This document shows, piece after piece, positions 27,707-37,288 of a stretch of 38,647 nucleotides of DNA; within the stretch, counting starts at the first letter, position 1; every line of letters begins with the position of its first letter. The DNA is from an uncultured Acidimicrobiales bacterium (GTDB lineage Bacteria > Actinomycetota > Acidimicrobiia > Acidimicrobiales > SZUA-35). Below the pieces are notes generated by a model that had not been told where the DNA came from, made no database searches, and was given only the letters and a program-made list of their open reading frames with translations. The translations under genes were made by a program, and so were the position numbers. The stretch lies in contig CALJAE010000156.1 of assembly GCA_938028175.1 (NCBI GenBank), forward strand, positions 1 to 38,647. The letters run 5' to 3'.

Positions 27707-29425
27707 CTAGACATCGTTAGTAAAACTGCGACTATCCCGCAAAGCTTCTTGATCTTGGGGAACTCCAACTCCAAATTGGCCTAGAAAGTCTGAATAAGCT
27801 CTATCGGGGTCAATGCCATCTATACCAAGCAGTGTTCGGTTAAAGAGTGTCTTGGCCGCCAAAGATGATAATAAGAACTGTACAGCAGTTTCCTTATCCG
27901 GCACCACAGCTAGCGGTATCCGACTCCGAAGCCTACGGAATCTTAACTGTGAAGCCGCCCTGGGCTCCAAAGTACTGACGTCAATCGTATCCCTAAAGGT
28001 CAACTTAAGTCGACCGTCAGAGGTCACATCCACAACACCACTGTCTCGAAGTATCTTTAACTCCCAAGGGTCTAAGTCATTCACTGTAGGCATTGCAGAA
28101 TTAGAGAGGTGCAGTAAATCGGCCGACCTCACCATCCCACCCAAAACACTTTGAGTCTCTAGAGGTAGGTTTGAATCTCCACGCGGCTCACCCGAAAGCT
28201 CTTGCACTAGGCTTTCAGCCTTTTCTTCGAACTCTGCTGCCTTTACAGCTGAATCTAAGTCCTTGGGTATTAGGTGATCAAGCCTCAAAATACAAGCCAG
28301 TGATCCGACAGCCATCGAGTACAATTCCATAATCTGGCTGAATCTTCTATACATATATTGGCCAACTATTTCATCCACTGGAAAAGGAATATCGGCCAAC
28401 GGCAACTTTGGATGATTTGGATCAATCTTGATCTTGGCTCTATTTGTATCTTTTGCTCCGTCACCAGTCTGGACAAAGGCTCTCGTATATTCCTGAAGTC
28501 CGCTAAGCCAGCTTAGAGAATCGGTCGTACTTCTGTATTCATCCAAGAGCTTGACTAACTCTTCGAAAGCCTCCAGCGCCTGCGCTACCACTTCATCGGC
28601 GTCTTCACCGTAAATTTGATCGAGTGGATCTTCTACACCTTTTGAGTCCAACGAATGATCAAGTTGTACTTGTAATAACCTGGTAATCGGTGCCATATGC
28701 TCTTGTAGCGCATCTAGTGCAACCTGAGACCCCAATCTCGTTTGCCTATTTGCCTCGATAGCCACAGAAAGTAGCCTCAAGTGACGCACTGCTGGGAATG
28801 CAAACTTGTCGACCCAGTCGGAATAGACTCCATGCAATACCTCGAGCAACAAGTTTAGGTCTTCAAGATCCTCAGGATTGCCGACATTAACCTCGATGTC
28901 TCGATACTTCGAGCTCGGCCGATTCGCTTTATGTGAACCAGCTGCAAGCAACCTTGGAGTCCTATCAAATCCAGATATACAGTCATCGATCTTCTGAGCA
29001 AAGAATTCTGCGGTACCAGAACTTTCAGATTCATTTCGTGAGACAGGAACGCTAGGCACTCCCTTTAGCCAAATACCAAAACCATCCAACTTTCCTATCA
29101 GTGTGCGATATGCAGTGTCAGCAGCTGGATCAGATTCTGGAACGCCACCTAACGACCTTCTAACATGAGTGCGTAGTGCCTCCCTTGCATCAGCACGCGC
29201 ATACCGGACTGTCAAGTACTTATCTCCAACTTTAATCACGGTGGCTTCATCTAAGTTCTCAGGCAAGACTAGCTTTTCTGGTTCTTTGCCTAGATCGAGA
29301 AATGCGCCTTCTACAATTTCATCTAGAGTTTCGTTGGTGGTCACTCTTAGGGCCTGAATGGCCATGTTTAGAACAACATCTATCTCATCAGCAACTTTAA
29401 TCGCACCCGAATTAGATTCCGCCAT
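27707..29425 (-). CDS. hypothetical 572-aa soluble protein (orphan by eye)
   Basis: Long uninterrupted ORF with an ATG start. Its composition is acidic and helix-rich. It has no TM, no Walker A, no metal-binding or nuclease motif, and matches no family I recognise. Confidence 0.65.
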   Translation of the reverse strand: MAESNSGAIKVADEIDVVLNMAIQALRVTTNETLDEIVEGAFLDLGKEPEKLVLPENLDEATVIKVGDKYLTVRYARADAREALRTHVRRSLGGVPESDPAADTAYRTLIGKLDGFGIWLKGVPSVPVSRNESESSGTAEFFAQKIDDCISGFDRTPRLLAAGSHKANRPSSKYRDIEVNVGNPEDLEDLNLLLEVLHGVYSDWVDKFAFPAVRHLRLLSVAIEANRQTRLGSQVALDALQEHMAPITRLLQVQLDHSLDSKGVEDPLDQIYGEDADEVVAQALEAFEELVKLLDEYRSTTDSLSWLSGLQEYTRAFVQTGDGAKDTNRAKIKIDPNHPKLPLADIPFPVDEIVGQYMYRRFSQIMELYSMAVGSLACILRLDHLIPKDLDSAVKAAEFEEKAESLVQELSGEPRGDSNLPLETQSVLGGMVRSADLLHLSNSAMPTVNDLDPWELKILRDSGVVDVTSDGRLKLTFRDTIDVSTLEPRAASQLRFRRLRSRIPLAVVPDKETAVQFLLSSLAAKTLFNRTLLGIDGIDPDRAYSDFLGQFGVGVPQDQEALRDSRSFTNDV

Positions 29426-29495
29426 GATTACATGGTATCAACCTAAGAACTCCAGCGCACGTCACCAACTGGATCTTAAGTTACAAGTTAATCAG

Positions 29496-29582
29496 CGGAG
29501 AGAGGGGGATTCGAACCCCCGGAAGCCGTGAGGCTTCAACGGTTTTCAAGACCGACGCATTCGTCCGCTCTGCCATCTCTCC
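29496..29582 (-). tRNA. tRNA-Ser (anticodon UGA)
   Basis: The reverse complement folds as follows: acceptor GGAGAGA/TCTCTCC, anticodon loop CTTGAAA, long variable arm GAAGCC-TCAC-GGCTTC, T-arm GGGGG-TTCGAAT-CCCCC and discriminator G. CCA is not encoded. Confidence 0.95.
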
Positions 29583-29672
29583 GCAGTCGAGAATAGCGGG
29601 ATTTCAGTCCACTCACGCCAATTCGTCTGGTTTTTTGTAGCCAGCGAGACCAACGATTTAAATAAGATTCAG

Positions 29673-30554
29673 CTATGCAAGCGGAACAGTGTCTGAGACT
29701 GCCTGCTGGCCTGGAAATTCATTAGAGATCAGTGCCATATCTTCTGACGAAAGCTCGAGGCTTACTGCACCCAAATTTTCATCGATATGATCTGGATTAT
29801 CAGACTTAAATACGGTCGCTACTTGATGTTGCTGGATAAGCCATGCAAGGGCAACCTGGGATGCTGTAGCTTCGTAACGGGCCGCTATATCAGCCAGAAA
29901 ATCACTTTCAGAAACTACACCATAAGCCAGCGGTCGCCATGCTTGGAGAATCACGTCGTTTGCCGAGCAATAATCTAATAGCCCAGAAGCTTGAGCCTCT
30001 CGTACCTTTACGTTGTAGTGAACTTGATTCAATACAATTTGGTGTTCTGTAAGTTTGGAAATCTGTTCCAGCTTTTCGGATCCAAAATTACACACCCCAA
30101 TATTCTTGACTAGGCCTGCCGATACGCAGGCATCTAAACCTGAGGCTGCGGTTTCCATGCTGAAAGGTTCACTAGGTGCTCGATGCAGTAACAATAAATC
30201 TAGATAGTCAGTACCAAGGTTCTCCAAGCTCTTGTCTACCGATGCCACCATAGTTGACTCATCCATTGCGTCGTCCCAGATCTTGGTGGTGACAAACGCT
30301 GTTGTTCGATCTATGTCGGATAGAAACTCTCCCAGTACTCGTTCTGAGTGTCCCCATCCATACATAACGGCTGTATCGAATAAACGCATGCCGGACTCGT
30401 AGGCGTGTTCTAAGCCTGCTCGTTCACGAATGTCTTCTTGTGCGTCGACCTTGGCGGCTGGGTCTAAGAGATTGTTTTTATAAGACTTGCGCCAGAGACC
30501 CATCCCTAAAGCTGGAATTGAAAAACCTGACTTAGTGGTTAGTGCCTGAACCAT
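29673..30554 (-). CDS. aldo/keto reductase family oxidoreductase
   Basis: GMGLW, DTAVMYG and LLLHRAP motifs are present. The ATG at 30554 follows AGGGAG at SD distance, although the ORF is open to TTG 30581. It overlaps the upstream GT4 gene by 23 nt. Confidence 0.85.
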   Translation of the reverse strand: MVQALTTKSGFSIPALGMGLWRKSYKNNLLDPAAKVDAQEDIRERAGLEHAYESGMRLFDTAVMYGWGHSERVLGEFLSDIDRTTAFVTTKIWDDAMDESTMVASVDKSLENLGTDYLDLLLLHRAPSEPFSMETAASGLDACVSAGLVKNIGVCNFGSEKLEQISKLTEHQIVLNQVHYNVKVREAQASGLLDYCSANDVILQAWRPLAYGVVSESDFLADIAARYEATASQVALAWLIQQHQVATVFKSDNPDHIDENLGAVSLELSSEDMALISNEFPGQQAVSDTVPLA

Positions 30555-31773
30555 GTTTGACTCCCTCGACGTACTTGTCAAAGAGCCTAGCCAGCGTTTT
30601 TGCTTCTTTAGCTATGTCGTGATTCTTTAGGACTCGCTGGCGCCCAGCCTCAGCGAATTTGGTAAGTGTTTCTTCTTCAGCCATTAGAGCTTTCTGGATG
30701 GCGTTAGCCAAGTCTTGAGCATTTCCTGGATGAATCAACCAGCCAGTTTCATTGCCCTCAACTAATTCAGAAACTGCAGCGACGTTACTGGCGATCGCCG
30801 GGGTGCGTAGGGCGTAACTCTCCATAAGAACTACAGGCAGCCCTTCTGCAAAACTTGGAAGAATCAGAGCTCTAGCATTCTCTATTTCAGCTACTACGGT
30901 TTCTTCGGTACCCCATCCAAGGAAATCAACAAAGTTGGTCACGCCGAGTTGTTTTGCTTTCCTTTCTAAGCTTTTGCGCTGAGGACCATCGCCGACCATG
31001 CGAACTTTGAAGTCGAGACCCGCGTCCTTGCATATCTTTAAAGCATCAAGCAGTACACCATAGCCTTTCTGTTCACTAAGCCGACCAATAGTTACGAACG
31101 TTGGAGAGGTTGATACCTCAGCATCTGAATTTATGAAAGATTTTTCGAGGCCACAATGTACGATCTCAATTTTGTTCCAGTCTTCAAAGTTGCTGAACCT
31201 CATAAGCTGGCTCCGACAAAATTCACTTATGGCAACAACAAACGCAGCATCTGCTATCTTTGCGTCAAGTGAGATAGAGCCAGCAAAGTCAAATTCAGTA
31301 GGACCATGAACGCTGAAACTGTAACTGGGTCCTCCTAGCTTACGACTCAACATTGCTACTGCGGTCGGGTTGGTACCGAAGTGAACATGAACGTGCTTAA
31401 GACCCTCGTCGTGCGCAATTTGTTTTAATAAGCAAGCCTGAGCTAGGTAGGCAAGATGGCGGACGGGCCCAGCCCCAGTTTTTATTAACTCGCCGACCGA
31501 CTTCTGGACCTTGGCGAATCTAACTGGATTAGTTGAGGCCTCTTTGGCCAACGCCTTTAGTAGATCCGACTTAGATGCAAGTAAGTATCTTGTGAGCCCC
31601 TCTTCTTCCTTATCTATAAGGTCAACTGGTTTGTATTCTCCAGGACGGGAAGACAAACGCTCGATCTGGAAACCCTCTGCCTCAACTGCCTTAAGCTCGC
31701 GCCTGATAAAGGTACAGCTTGCGTTTGGGTATTGATTTGTTAAATATCCAATTTTCAAACTACTCACCTCCAT
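30532..31773 (-). CDS. glycosyltransferase family 4 (WcaL-like)
   Basis: The fold looks GT-B, with an N-terminal IGYLTNQYPNASCTFIRRE and a C-terminal E-x7-E-type region (PSFAEGLPVVLMESYA). An ATG lies at 31773. The TTG at 31758 sits 7 nt after GGAGG and would give MKIGYLT, parallel to the paralog. Confidence 0.8.
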   Translation of the reverse strand: MEVSSLKIGYLTNQYPNASCTFIRRELKAVEAEGFQIERLSSRPGEYKPVDLIDKEEEGLTRYLLASKSDLLKALAKEASTNPVRFAKVQKSVGELIKTGAGPVRHLAYLAQACLLKQIAHDEGLKHVHVHFGTNPTAVAMLSRKLGGPSYSFSVHGPTEFDFAGSISLDAKIADAAFVVAISEFCRSQLMRFSNFEDWNKIEIVHCGLEKSFINSDAEVSTSPTFVTIGRLSEQKGYGVLLDALKICKDAGLDFKVRMVGDGPQRKSLERKAKQLGVTNFVDFLGWGTEETVVAEIENARALILPSFAEGLPVVLMESYALRTPAIASNVAAVSELVEGNETGWLIHPGNAQDLANAIQKALMAEEETLTKFAEAGRQRVLKNHDIAKEAKTLARLFDKYVEGVKHGSGTNH

Positions 31774-31830
31774 CGGATGGGCTTAGATTGTTTAGCACAA
31801 CAAACTTTCAATTGCCTGCCTACTACGTCC

Positions 31831-33021
31831 TCAAACTAAGGTTTCTTGAAACAAATTTACTAGCGACTCGATCTGGCCAGCAGAAGAAAACTCTGTTGAG
31901 ACTTTCTCTATACCCGCCGCGCCCATCTTACTGCGTAAAGCCGGGTCCCCCAAAAGCGTTTCTAGCGCTTCAGCCAATTGGGTGGTGTCACCTGGTGAAA
32001 TCAACAGTCCAGACTCGCCATCGACGATCAACTCTGAAATTCCTCCCACTCTTGTAGAAATAACCGGAACTCCGTGCACCATTGCTTCCATTAAAGAGAC
32101 TGGTACCCCTTCGGCGTAGCTGGGCAGGCAGAATACAGCTGTATTCTGTAAGAATTCTGAGACTGTATCTGGCGGAGCGTAGCCTTCGAAGTAGACACTG
32201 TCTCTTAGGCCTAACTCCTCAACTTGTGACTCTAAAGCAGCTCTAGCCGGACCATCGCCAACAAAACGGAGCGTAGAGCTCAAACTAGGGTCACCCTCGA
32301 GCATAAAGTTGAACGCATGGATTAGGTCATGTGGTCCTTTAAGCTCCTCGAGCCGACCGACAAATAGAATCTCCGATGAGTCTGACTCAGACACATTCAC
32401 ATTTGTGTCAACACCGCAATGAACAATACTAAATTTGTCCCAGTCTTCTCTGTTCGTAAATATGCGGAGCTGACTGACACAAAAATTTGAGATACAAACA
32501 ACAAACGCTGCTTCTGCAGCTTTGGTATCTAACGACCATTTCTGTGGTTCAAAGAATATGCCCGGACCATGAATTGTGAAACTGTAAGGGATCCCAGCGA
32601 GCTTTGCCGCCAACATCCCAACAGTACAAGACGAATCAGCAAAATGACAATGTAAATGTTCGACTCCGTCTGCCAAGAGTTGCTCGGCTAGAATCAATGC
32701 TTCAGCCATATAAGCTGAACCTTTTAGTGCACCTGCACGCCTCGCACACTTTGCAGCAAGCTTTGAAGTTTTGGCTAATCTTGTCGGCGACTTAATCGCT
32801 GTTGTTGCAGCCTTCAAAGAGGCCGTTGACTTTAGCTTCTCGAATATGTAGAAGGTACTGTCGTGCAGTATCGACTGTTGAGAGCTAACTATCTCAGTTG
32901 GCCGTTGGATCGAATATGTCGAGACTGTCCAGCCAAGTTCTCGCAATCCAAGGACTTCATTCTGGATAAATGTGTCCGAAGGGCGAGGAAATCGTCCTGT
33001 TAAATAGCCGACGTGTTTCAC
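31831..33021 (-). CDS. glycosyltransferase family 4 (WcaL-like), tandem paralog
   Basis: VGYLTGRFPRPSDTFIQNE and PSYAEGVPVSLMEAMV are present, and it aligns by eye with the neighbouring GT4 (HCHFADSS..YSFTIHGP versus HVHFGTNP..YSFSVHGP). Its GTG start overlaps the SDR stop as GTGA. Confidence 0.8.
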   Translation of the reverse strand: MKHVGYLTGRFPRPSDTFIQNEVLGLRELGWTVSTYSIQRPTEIVSSQQSILHDSTFYIFEKLKSTASLKAATTAIKSPTRLAKTSKLAAKCARRAGALKGSAYMAEALILAEQLLADGVEHLHCHFADSSCTVGMLAAKLAGIPYSFTIHGPGIFFEPQKWSLDTKAAEAAFVVCISNFCVSQLRIFTNREDWDKFSIVHCGVDTNVNVSESDSSEILFVGRLEELKGPHDLIHAFNFMLEGDPSLSSTLRFVGDGPARAALESQVEELGLRDSVYFEGYAPPDTVSEFLQNTAVFCLPSYAEGVPVSLMEAMVHGVPVISTRVGGISELIVDGESGLLISPGDTTQLAEALETLLGDPALRSKMGAAGIEKVSTEFSSAGQIESLVNLFQETLV

Positions 33022-34025
33022 TTGACGTTGTCCGCCTTAGATTTACTGAGACTTTGATGTTCGATTTCTGCGCTCTTAGCTATTGCGTCTGCGATTGAGA
33101 TCTTTGGACTCCAGCCCAAAGTTTCTTTGGCTTTTGCGTTGCTGTATGTGAATGGCTTGAAGCGGGCGTCAAGTTTAGGACCTTCAAAGATCCCAGGAAA
33201 CTTTGCTTTCCCCTTGAAGACCATCTTGCTAGCGAGACCTAAACCAGAAGCCATCGTTCGCCAAACACCCCACGGAATCGTGTAATTCTTCGGAACCGTT
33301 GTGTGTTGTGCAACCAGCTTTGCGTACTCGTTCTGAGTGGGGAGCTCATCGTCAACTATGTTAATAATTTCGCCAGCTGCTGAATCCACATTGACTGCAG
33401 CTGCGACGATAGCATCGGCACAATTTTCAACGTAGGTCATTGGCAGAGTTGCTGAACTTCCCACTCTCAAAAAGATTGGCCCCAGTGGCGAGCCCAGTAG
33501 AGGGTGCCAAAGCTCCCCTGCGCCAAAGATCATGCCAGGGCGAAGAATCACGACATTATTGTTAGTGCTGAAGTCGAGAAACAAGTCTTCTTGAATCAGC
33601 TTTGTATTTGAGTATTCATCTCTCTCAGAGTGATTCGATAGCCGTGGAGTTTCCTCATCTAGAAGCCCGCCTTTGCGACCGTCATAGCTATAAATACTAA
33701 AGGAGCTAATGCCTACTAGATTTTTTACACCAGCTTCTGTCATCTCGTTCAAAAGATTTTCGGTACTAATTACAGTTCCCGCAAACTGATCGTAAAAGTC
33801 ACCGGACTTTGCTGCTGCAAGGTGAATTACTACATCGATGTCTTGCAGCTGTTCAGCAAGCCCAACGGGTTTACGAAGGTCAGCACGGATTACATTTACA
33901 TCGTCGGGAAAGTTCGCCTTAGAAGCAGGGCGAACTAGCGCTGTCACGTCGAAAGATTGTCTTGCCTTTTCTATAACAACTGATCCTAGAAAGCCGGTTG
34001 CTCCTGTGATTAGAACTCTGGCCAT
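33018..34025 (-). CDS. NAD-dependent epimerase/dehydratase (extended SDR)
   Basis: The N-terminal Rossmann motif is VLITGATGFLGS, and the catalytic YxxxK is YSNTK. 335 aa. Confidence 0.85.
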   Translation of the reverse strand: MARVLITGATGFLGSVVIEKARQSFDVTALVRPASKANFPDDVNVIRADLRKPVGLAEQLQDIDVVIHLAAAKSGDFYDQFAGTVISTENLLNEMTEAGVKNLVGISSFSIYSYDGRKGGLLDEETPRLSNHSERDEYSNTKLIQEDLFLDFSTNNNVVILRPGMIFGAGELWHPLLGSPLGPIFLRVGSSATLPMTYVENCADAIVAAAVNVDSAAGEIINIVDDELPTQNEYAKLVAQHTTVPKNYTIPWGVWRTMASGLGLASKMVFKGKAKFPGIFEGPKLDARFKPFTYSNAKAKETLGWSPKISIADAIAKSAEIEHQSLSKSKADNVK

Positions 34026-34028
34026 CGC

Positions 34029-35096
34029 CTACGCCTTTCCTTTTGTTTGGAGGGCTACCATTTCGTCTACCAGTTTCGCTGTTGAAAGAATGTCTGAGTC
34101 TGACACCGGCAGTGGTGCTCCCGCTTGGATTGCAGAATACGTTTGTTCAAGCATCACAGCTAACCCATGATAAGGGGTCTTGCGCTTTACCTTATTAACT
34201 AGATCCTTAGCATTAGAAGACACGCCACCGATTCCGCCAGCAATACCATTAAGTAGTGGAGACAACTGTTTTCCCATGCGTAGCTTTGTGACTGTTACCC
34301 CTGGGCTAAAGATGTTGTTTACAGCTGATGCCTCTGTACCCCGCACTGTGACTGTGAACTCATCTGGATAAGTTCTTGCATCAAACCGTATGCGACCGAT
34401 GGTCTTAGTCTTTTCACAGAACAGCTCTACCGAAAGGTTGTCCCACTCAAAGCCAGGGATGTCTGAAACGTTTCGCCAGTTCGCATCTGTTACTCGAAAG
34501 TCTGAACCTGGGGCAACCGTTGTTACCAAATAGGTCAGATGGGTGATGAAGTCGTGAATGACGCCAGCCGGCATGTCGTGAATGGGGTTCGGCATGTTTT
34601 GATCGGCGAAACGGGACTCTGCCATGTCGAGAGCCATGCGGACTTCAACTTCACATATCTCTCCGAGGTCACCTCTAGTTGACGACTCTGTTAGTTCAAC
34701 AATTTCTTCGTTGAACTTGTAGTTATGGCTTTCCGTGATGAAAAGACCTTTCGCCTGAGCTAGATCGATTAGTTCTTGCGCTTTTGTAGCATCGGGAGCA
34801 ATTGGTTTTTCGCATATCACATTCGAACCCGCCTCTAAACACTGCCTGGCAAGCGCGACGTGTGTATTTGGTGGGGTGAGAATGTGGACTACATCGGGAG
34901 ATACTGTAGTGAGCATTTCGTCGAGCGATTTGAACCCACGACAACCGTACTTGCTGGCTGCATAGTTAACCGAAGCCGAGACGAGATCGCAAACTCCGAC
35001 TAGTTCGATTTGATTGCTTTTTCGATTGTGGTGCGCCAGAAATTCTAAGTGCTGCTCAGAAATCGGCCCGACCCCAACCACTGCGACTGTGACCAT
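34029..35096 (-). CDS. Gfo/Idh/MocA-family oxidoreductase
   Basis: N-terminal VAVVGVGPISEQH and the EKP motif (VICEKPIA) are present. It is the first gene of the minus-strand sugar operon. Confidence 0.8.
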   Translation of the reverse strand: MVTVAVVGVGPISEQHLEFLAHHNRKSNQIELVGVCDLVSASVNYAASKYGCRGFKSLDEMLTTVSPDVVHILTPPNTHVALARQCLEAGSNVICEKPIAPDATKAQELIDLAQAKGLFITESHNYKFNEEIVELTESSTRGDLGEICEVEVRMALDMAESRFADQNMPNPIHDMPAGVIHDFITHLTYLVTTVAPGSDFRVTDANWRNVSDIPGFEWDNLSVELFCEKTKTIGRIRFDARTYPDEFTVTVRGTEASAVNNIFSPGVTVTKLRMGKQLSPLLNGIAGGIGGVSSNAKDLVNKVKRKTPYHGLAVMLEQTYSAIQAGAPLPVSDSDILSTAKLVDEMVALQTKGKA

Positions 35097-35336
35097 ATAT
35101 TCAAGAGTATCAAGCTATTTTCACTTGCCTCATCAGACAACAATTGTGCCCAGACAGTTAGCCCACATTTTGGTCGAATGGGCTCTCTATAGTGCTGTCC
35201 CTAACTTAACCTTCTTGCCGGTAAGGAGGTTGACTCATATTGACTTTGAGGCAAATTGGTTCAAAGCTGCAATCATAAAGGCCTGCAAGTTTGACCTCTT
35301 CAAAACTTCGCCTTCCCGCCTACTTCGACAAGCCTA

Positions 35337-36065
35337 ATGAAATCACCCTCGCCCGTTAAATCTCTTGCCCACATTTATCTAATCAATATGGAAAGTAGAA
35401 CCGACCGGTTTACTCAAGCCCAACAAGAGCTAGCTAGTCAACTAGGCGTAGATATAAATAATCCAGCAGAAGTGACGTTGATTCGGCCAGCTATCTATAC
35501 CGAGGCGTGTGGGTTTATTAATCCGGCATATCGAAGTTGCTTAGACGCCCACCTCCAATGTCTACTGGACGCTAAGGCAAACGGCCATGAGAAGATTTTG
35601 GTGTTAGAAGACGACTTTAAGTTTGATGAGACCTGGTTCGACACAGAGTCTGAAGCGCTGACAGAGCTAGAGAGCCTTGATTGGCAAATTGTGACACTTG
35701 GTTATGATCTTGTTGCTCCTTCGCAAATAGAAGGTGAAAGTTCTGAACTACAGTATTGGACAAGATTTGATGGAAAGGTGCTTGGGTCGCATGCTTACAT
35801 GGTTACTCAAGCGGCATACGATCTAATTATTGAACACTTTGAACGTGTTGCAAATGGCGAACCAGGCGATCACATAGTCGGCAAGATGGGTCCAGATGGA
35901 GCTCTCAATACTCTTACCTGGATTCGAAACGATGCTAAAAGGTATCTACTCAAATCGAACTCAGTTGTTCAAAGGCCTTCAGCTTCTGACTGCAATCCAA
36001 AGCTAATTCATAAGTGGAAGTCTGGATATCGTGCTCTAAGTAAGGTCAAGAGCCTAATCAAGTAG
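35337..36065 (+). CDS. glycosyltransferase family 25-like protein
   Basis: IYLINMESRTDRFTQAQQEL and ILVLEDDFKF resemble GT25 (LPS glycosyltransferase) N-terminal motifs. This is a weaker call than the others. Confidence 0.55.
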   Translation: MKSPSPVKSLAHIYLINMESRTDRFTQAQQELASQLGVDINNPAEVTLIRPAIYTEACGFINPAYRSCLDAHLQCLLDAKANGHEKILVLEDDFKFDETWFDTESEALTELESLDWQIVTLGYDLVAPSQIEGESSELQYWTRFDGKVLGSHAYMVTQAAYDLIIEHFERVANGEPGDHIVGKMGPDGALNTLTWIRNDAKRYLLKSNSVVQRPSASDCNPKLIHKWKSGYRALSKVKSLIK

Positions 36066-36154
36066 CCCTGCTTGCAACCAATAGTGGAACAGACCAGCCG
36101 TAGTTGGAGTTATATAGACCAACGAACGAATACATATAAGGGATGTGATACAAG

Positions 36155-37288
36155 ATGCGTCAATCAATTCGACTTGGCACAATTTCAGGTATCCCTGTTG
36201 GAATCAACTGGGGTCTATTACTAGTAGCGGCCTTCTACATATTTAACCTTGCTGCAGGTATTCTTCCCGCTTCTGTTCCTGGACAAACCTCGACCGCCTA
36301 TTGGGCATTTGCTGCAGTATCTGTGGTTCTTTTCTTTGGATCAATTTTGGCTCACGAGCTTGGCCACAGTATTGTGGCTCAGCGCAATGGTATTAATGTC
36401 AGGGCAATTACGTTGTGGCTACTAGGTGGCGTGGCGGAATTAGAGAAAGAGGCAAATGATCCAGGCGTTGAGTTTAGGATTGCGATCGCTGGGCCTGCAG
36501 TCAGTGTGGCTTTGGCTGTGCTCTTTGGTGGGGCTGCCGTCGTCAGTTCAATCCTGTTTAGCTCAGGCCTACTGTCATTTACCTTCGGTTATCTTGCTTT
36601 GGCCAACGGAGTGTTGGCAGCGTTTAACTTATTGCCTGCCGCTCCCCTAGATGGTGGCCGGGTGTTGGCTGCTGCACTGTGGCGGAAGAACAAGAACCGC
36701 CATGTGTCTAGAGCAACTGCTGCCAAAGCTGGACAAGTGTTCGGCAGCGTCTTGCTAGCAGTTGGAGTCTTCGGAATCTTAAGTGGCGGCGGAACTTTCG
36801 TTCTAGCTATCCTCGGCTTCTTCTTACTGTCAGCTGCTGGAGCCGAGCGCAGAAGAGCTGAAACGCTAAATGCGTTTACCAAGACCGATGTAGCTTCGGC
36901 TATGCAACCACTTGTTGCCCCAGTTAGTGGTGGCATTACGGTTGCTGGCCTTGAGGCTATGAGTACTGGACTGGAGAGGCCTATCGCTTACCCAGTCTGG
37001 GGTCCCGGTGGTGCAACCGGGATTGTTTCTTCAGCAGCAGTCAACGACACGCCGGTATTTCAGCGGGTGAGCACTCTGGTCGGCGACATTACAGTTGGTT
37101 GGGACAGATTTGTTAGTGCCAATCTGAACGAGGAAATGTCTGAGGTGTTACGGCGTTCTCAGGCTGAGGGCAAACCACATGTGATTGTTTATGACAGAGA
37201 TTCACGACAGGTGGGTTACCTTTCATTTGAAAGCAACTTGATTCCGCTCAGAGACCAAATGAGTTCAACTCAAGTAAGAGGTGCCTGA
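36155..37288 (+). CDS. site-2 protease family (M50) zinc metalloprotease
   Basis: HELGH and NLLPAAPLDGGRV motifs are present, with several TM helices and a soluble C-terminal region that is possibly CBS-like. Confidence 0.85.
   Translation: MRQSIRLGTISGIPVGINWGLLLVAAFYIFNLAAGILPASVPGQTSTAYWAFAAVSVVLFFGSILAHELGHSIVAQRNGINVRAITLWLLGGVAELEKEANDPGVEFRIAIAGPAVSVALAVLFGGAAVVSSILFSSGLLSFTFGYLALANGVLAAFNLLPAAPLDGGRVLAAALWRKNKNRHVSRATAAKAGQVFGSVLLAVGVFGILSGGGTFVLAILGFFLLSAAGAERRRAETLNAFTKTDVASAMQPLVAPVSGGITVAGLEAMSTGLERPIAYPVWGPGGATGIVSSAAVNDTPVFQRVSTLVGDITVGWDRFVSANLNEEMSEVLRRSQAEGKPHVIVYDRDSRQVGYLSFESNLIPLRDQMSSTQVRGA

Noticed and set aside
29426-29672. I looked for an SRP RNA (ffs) or another structured ncRNA next to tRNA-Ser, since ffs often neighbours tRNA-Ser in Gram-positives.
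   Set aside because: The flanks are only 70 and 90 nt. They lack the conserved SRP domain IV features, and only weak hairpins are present. ffs may lie beyond the right window edge after tRNA-Ser(GCU).
35014-35337. A 107-aa plus-strand ORF spans the Gfo/Idh/MocA start region and the 240-nt intergenic region.
   Set aside because: Its first third is antisense to a real gene. It has no plausible start with an SD sequence at its 5' end, and its translation is featureless. Only the 3' part is kept, as a low-interest uORF idea.
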